Origin: Thunnus thynnus
Lineage: Eukaryota
Assembly (NCBI RefSeq): GCF_963924715.1
Contig: NC_089527.1
Location: 28,186,551-28,250,550, forward strand
DNA: 64,000 bases
Direction of reading: 5' to 3'
The position numbers were made by a program, and so were the translations under genes. Positions 63,001 to 64,000 of the stretch are shown here, piece by piece (position 1 is the stretch's first letter; every line of letters starts with the position of its first letter). The notes under the pieces were generated by a model. That model was not told the DNA's origin, did not search any database, and worked only from the letters and a program-made list of their open reading frames with translations.

Positions 63001-63539
63001 GCCTTGTTGACCTCTGTGTGTGCCTGCCACTTCCAGCTTGTTCAGATAGGGACACCTCACTAGCAGGTCAGTGGACTCTCTTAGCTCCCGGACTAATCTT
63101 GACTTCTGCTTGTAGCCCAAGATGATGGATTGGATTGGCAGTTAGACTGAGTTCACCCTGAACTCCTGTGTCAGGCCTCTGTCAGAGAAGCATCACGGTA
63201 GTCCCAGAGATAGCTGTTCTGTCCATTCCATGGGCACACGCACACACCTTCAGTGGCCACATTACCCTTTGATACAGTCTGAATGTGGTAGATCGAAGTT
63301 TATGCACATGCCAGTTCAATAAGTTACAGTTTTAAAGTTTAAACTTTAAGTGTTGGAGTTTTTTTTATAAATAGTGCAGTTGAAAAATTGTTAAAAACAA
63401 ATACAGAGAGGTTACAGGAATTCATGTGTGGAATTCATTATTAGAATTAAAACAACAGGAATAATGCAGAAAAGAGAAAAGAAGGGAAAATATCCTGTAT
63501 AAAAATATAAGCCAATTAAAAACATTAAAATTGAATTGA

Positions 63540-64000
63540 ATCAAAATTGAATCTTTCCCCTTTTTTAAGGTGCCAAAAACAAGTTAGCTAGCAATGGCAG
63601 CACAACATGTTTTTAATGTAATTACAAGTGGAGAGTCTTTAGAGACATGTTAGGGCAGCCTGATAATAAGGAATTGCAATAATAGAGCCTAGAAGTAACA
63701 AATGTGTGGACTAGTTTTTTGTATCTTTTTGAGACAGGCTATACCTGATTTTTGCAATGTTACAGAGGTGAAAAAAGGCAGTCCTTGAAATTTGTTTCAT
63801 GTGGGAGTTGAAGGACATATCCTGATAACTCCCAGATTCCTTACGGTGGTGCTGGAGGCCAGGGTAATGCCATCTAGAGTAACTATATTATTAGATAATG
63901 TGTTTCTGAGGTGTTTAGGGCCAAGCACATTAACTTCAGTATTGTCTGAGTTTAGTAGCAGAAAATTACAGGTCATCCAAGTCTTTATTTCCTTAAGGCA
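63540..64000 (-). mobile_element. 3' portion of a second copy of the same L2 family as 41800-46797 (minus strand), running off the window end
   Basis: The rc of 63760-63990 matches 46150-46380 ('gacctg.aattttctgcta..aactcagaca..actgaagtta.tgtgcttggccctaaa.acct.agaaacacattatctaat.atatag.tact.tagatgg.attaccctggcctccagcaccac.gtaaggaatctgggagtt'). The rc of 63560-63700 matches 46430-46560. Confidence 0.75.

Noticed and set aside
1-64000. Prokaryote-style annotation (operons, RBS, terminators, tRNA/rRNA) and a hidden 'novel system' such as a defence island
   Set aside because: There are no long uninterrupted ORFs at bacterial density. The real genes are split by GT-AG introns. Repeat content, microsatellites and composition are vertebrate-like. 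I saw no tRNA cloverleaf candidates, rRNA or snRNA signatures. The novelty here is structural (duplicated GRHPR genes, palindrome, inverted duplication, orphan ORFs) rather than an operonic system.

Overview
This window is vertebrate nuclear DNA, most likely from a teleost fish, and not a prokaryotic or accessory-genome region. The evidence is that it is AT-rich and intron-containing, and packed with interspersed repeats typical of fish genomes: Tc1-like elements with ~220-bp inverted terminal repeats, L2/CR1-like and L1/Tx1-like LINE open reading frames, ISL2EU-type transposase remnants, foldback MITEs, (ATT)n/(GA)n/(CA)n microsatellites and several tandem arrays.

The only clear cellular coding content is a head-to-tail tandem pair of glyoxylate reductase/hydroxypyruvate reductase (GRHPR)-like D-2-hydroxyacid dehydrogenase genes on the minus strand, at about 34.5-37.3 kb and 39.1-41.7 kb. 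Each has five coding exons with identical exon lengths and intron phases, and both appear intact. An ~585-bp tandem duplication lies between the two genes, and the 5' end of an L2-like LINE sits about 100 bp upstream of the second gene's start codon. That LINE itself carries a nested Tc1 insertion.

Structural oddities include a ~330-bp near-perfect palindrome built around an (ATT)n tract and a ~0.6-kb inverted duplication of ISL2EU-derived sequence. One arm of that duplication was later hit by a LINE. There is also a CpG-rich block next to two unassigned ORFs (161 and 74 aa) at about 60.4-61.1 kb on the minus strand.

I found no CRISPR arrays, rRNA or tRNA genes, or prokaryotic-style operons. 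The most interesting unexplained items are the GRHPR duplicate pair with its transposon-invaded promoter context, the large palindrome, and the orphan ORF pair near 60.6 kb. None of these can be called a new 'system' from sequence alone.
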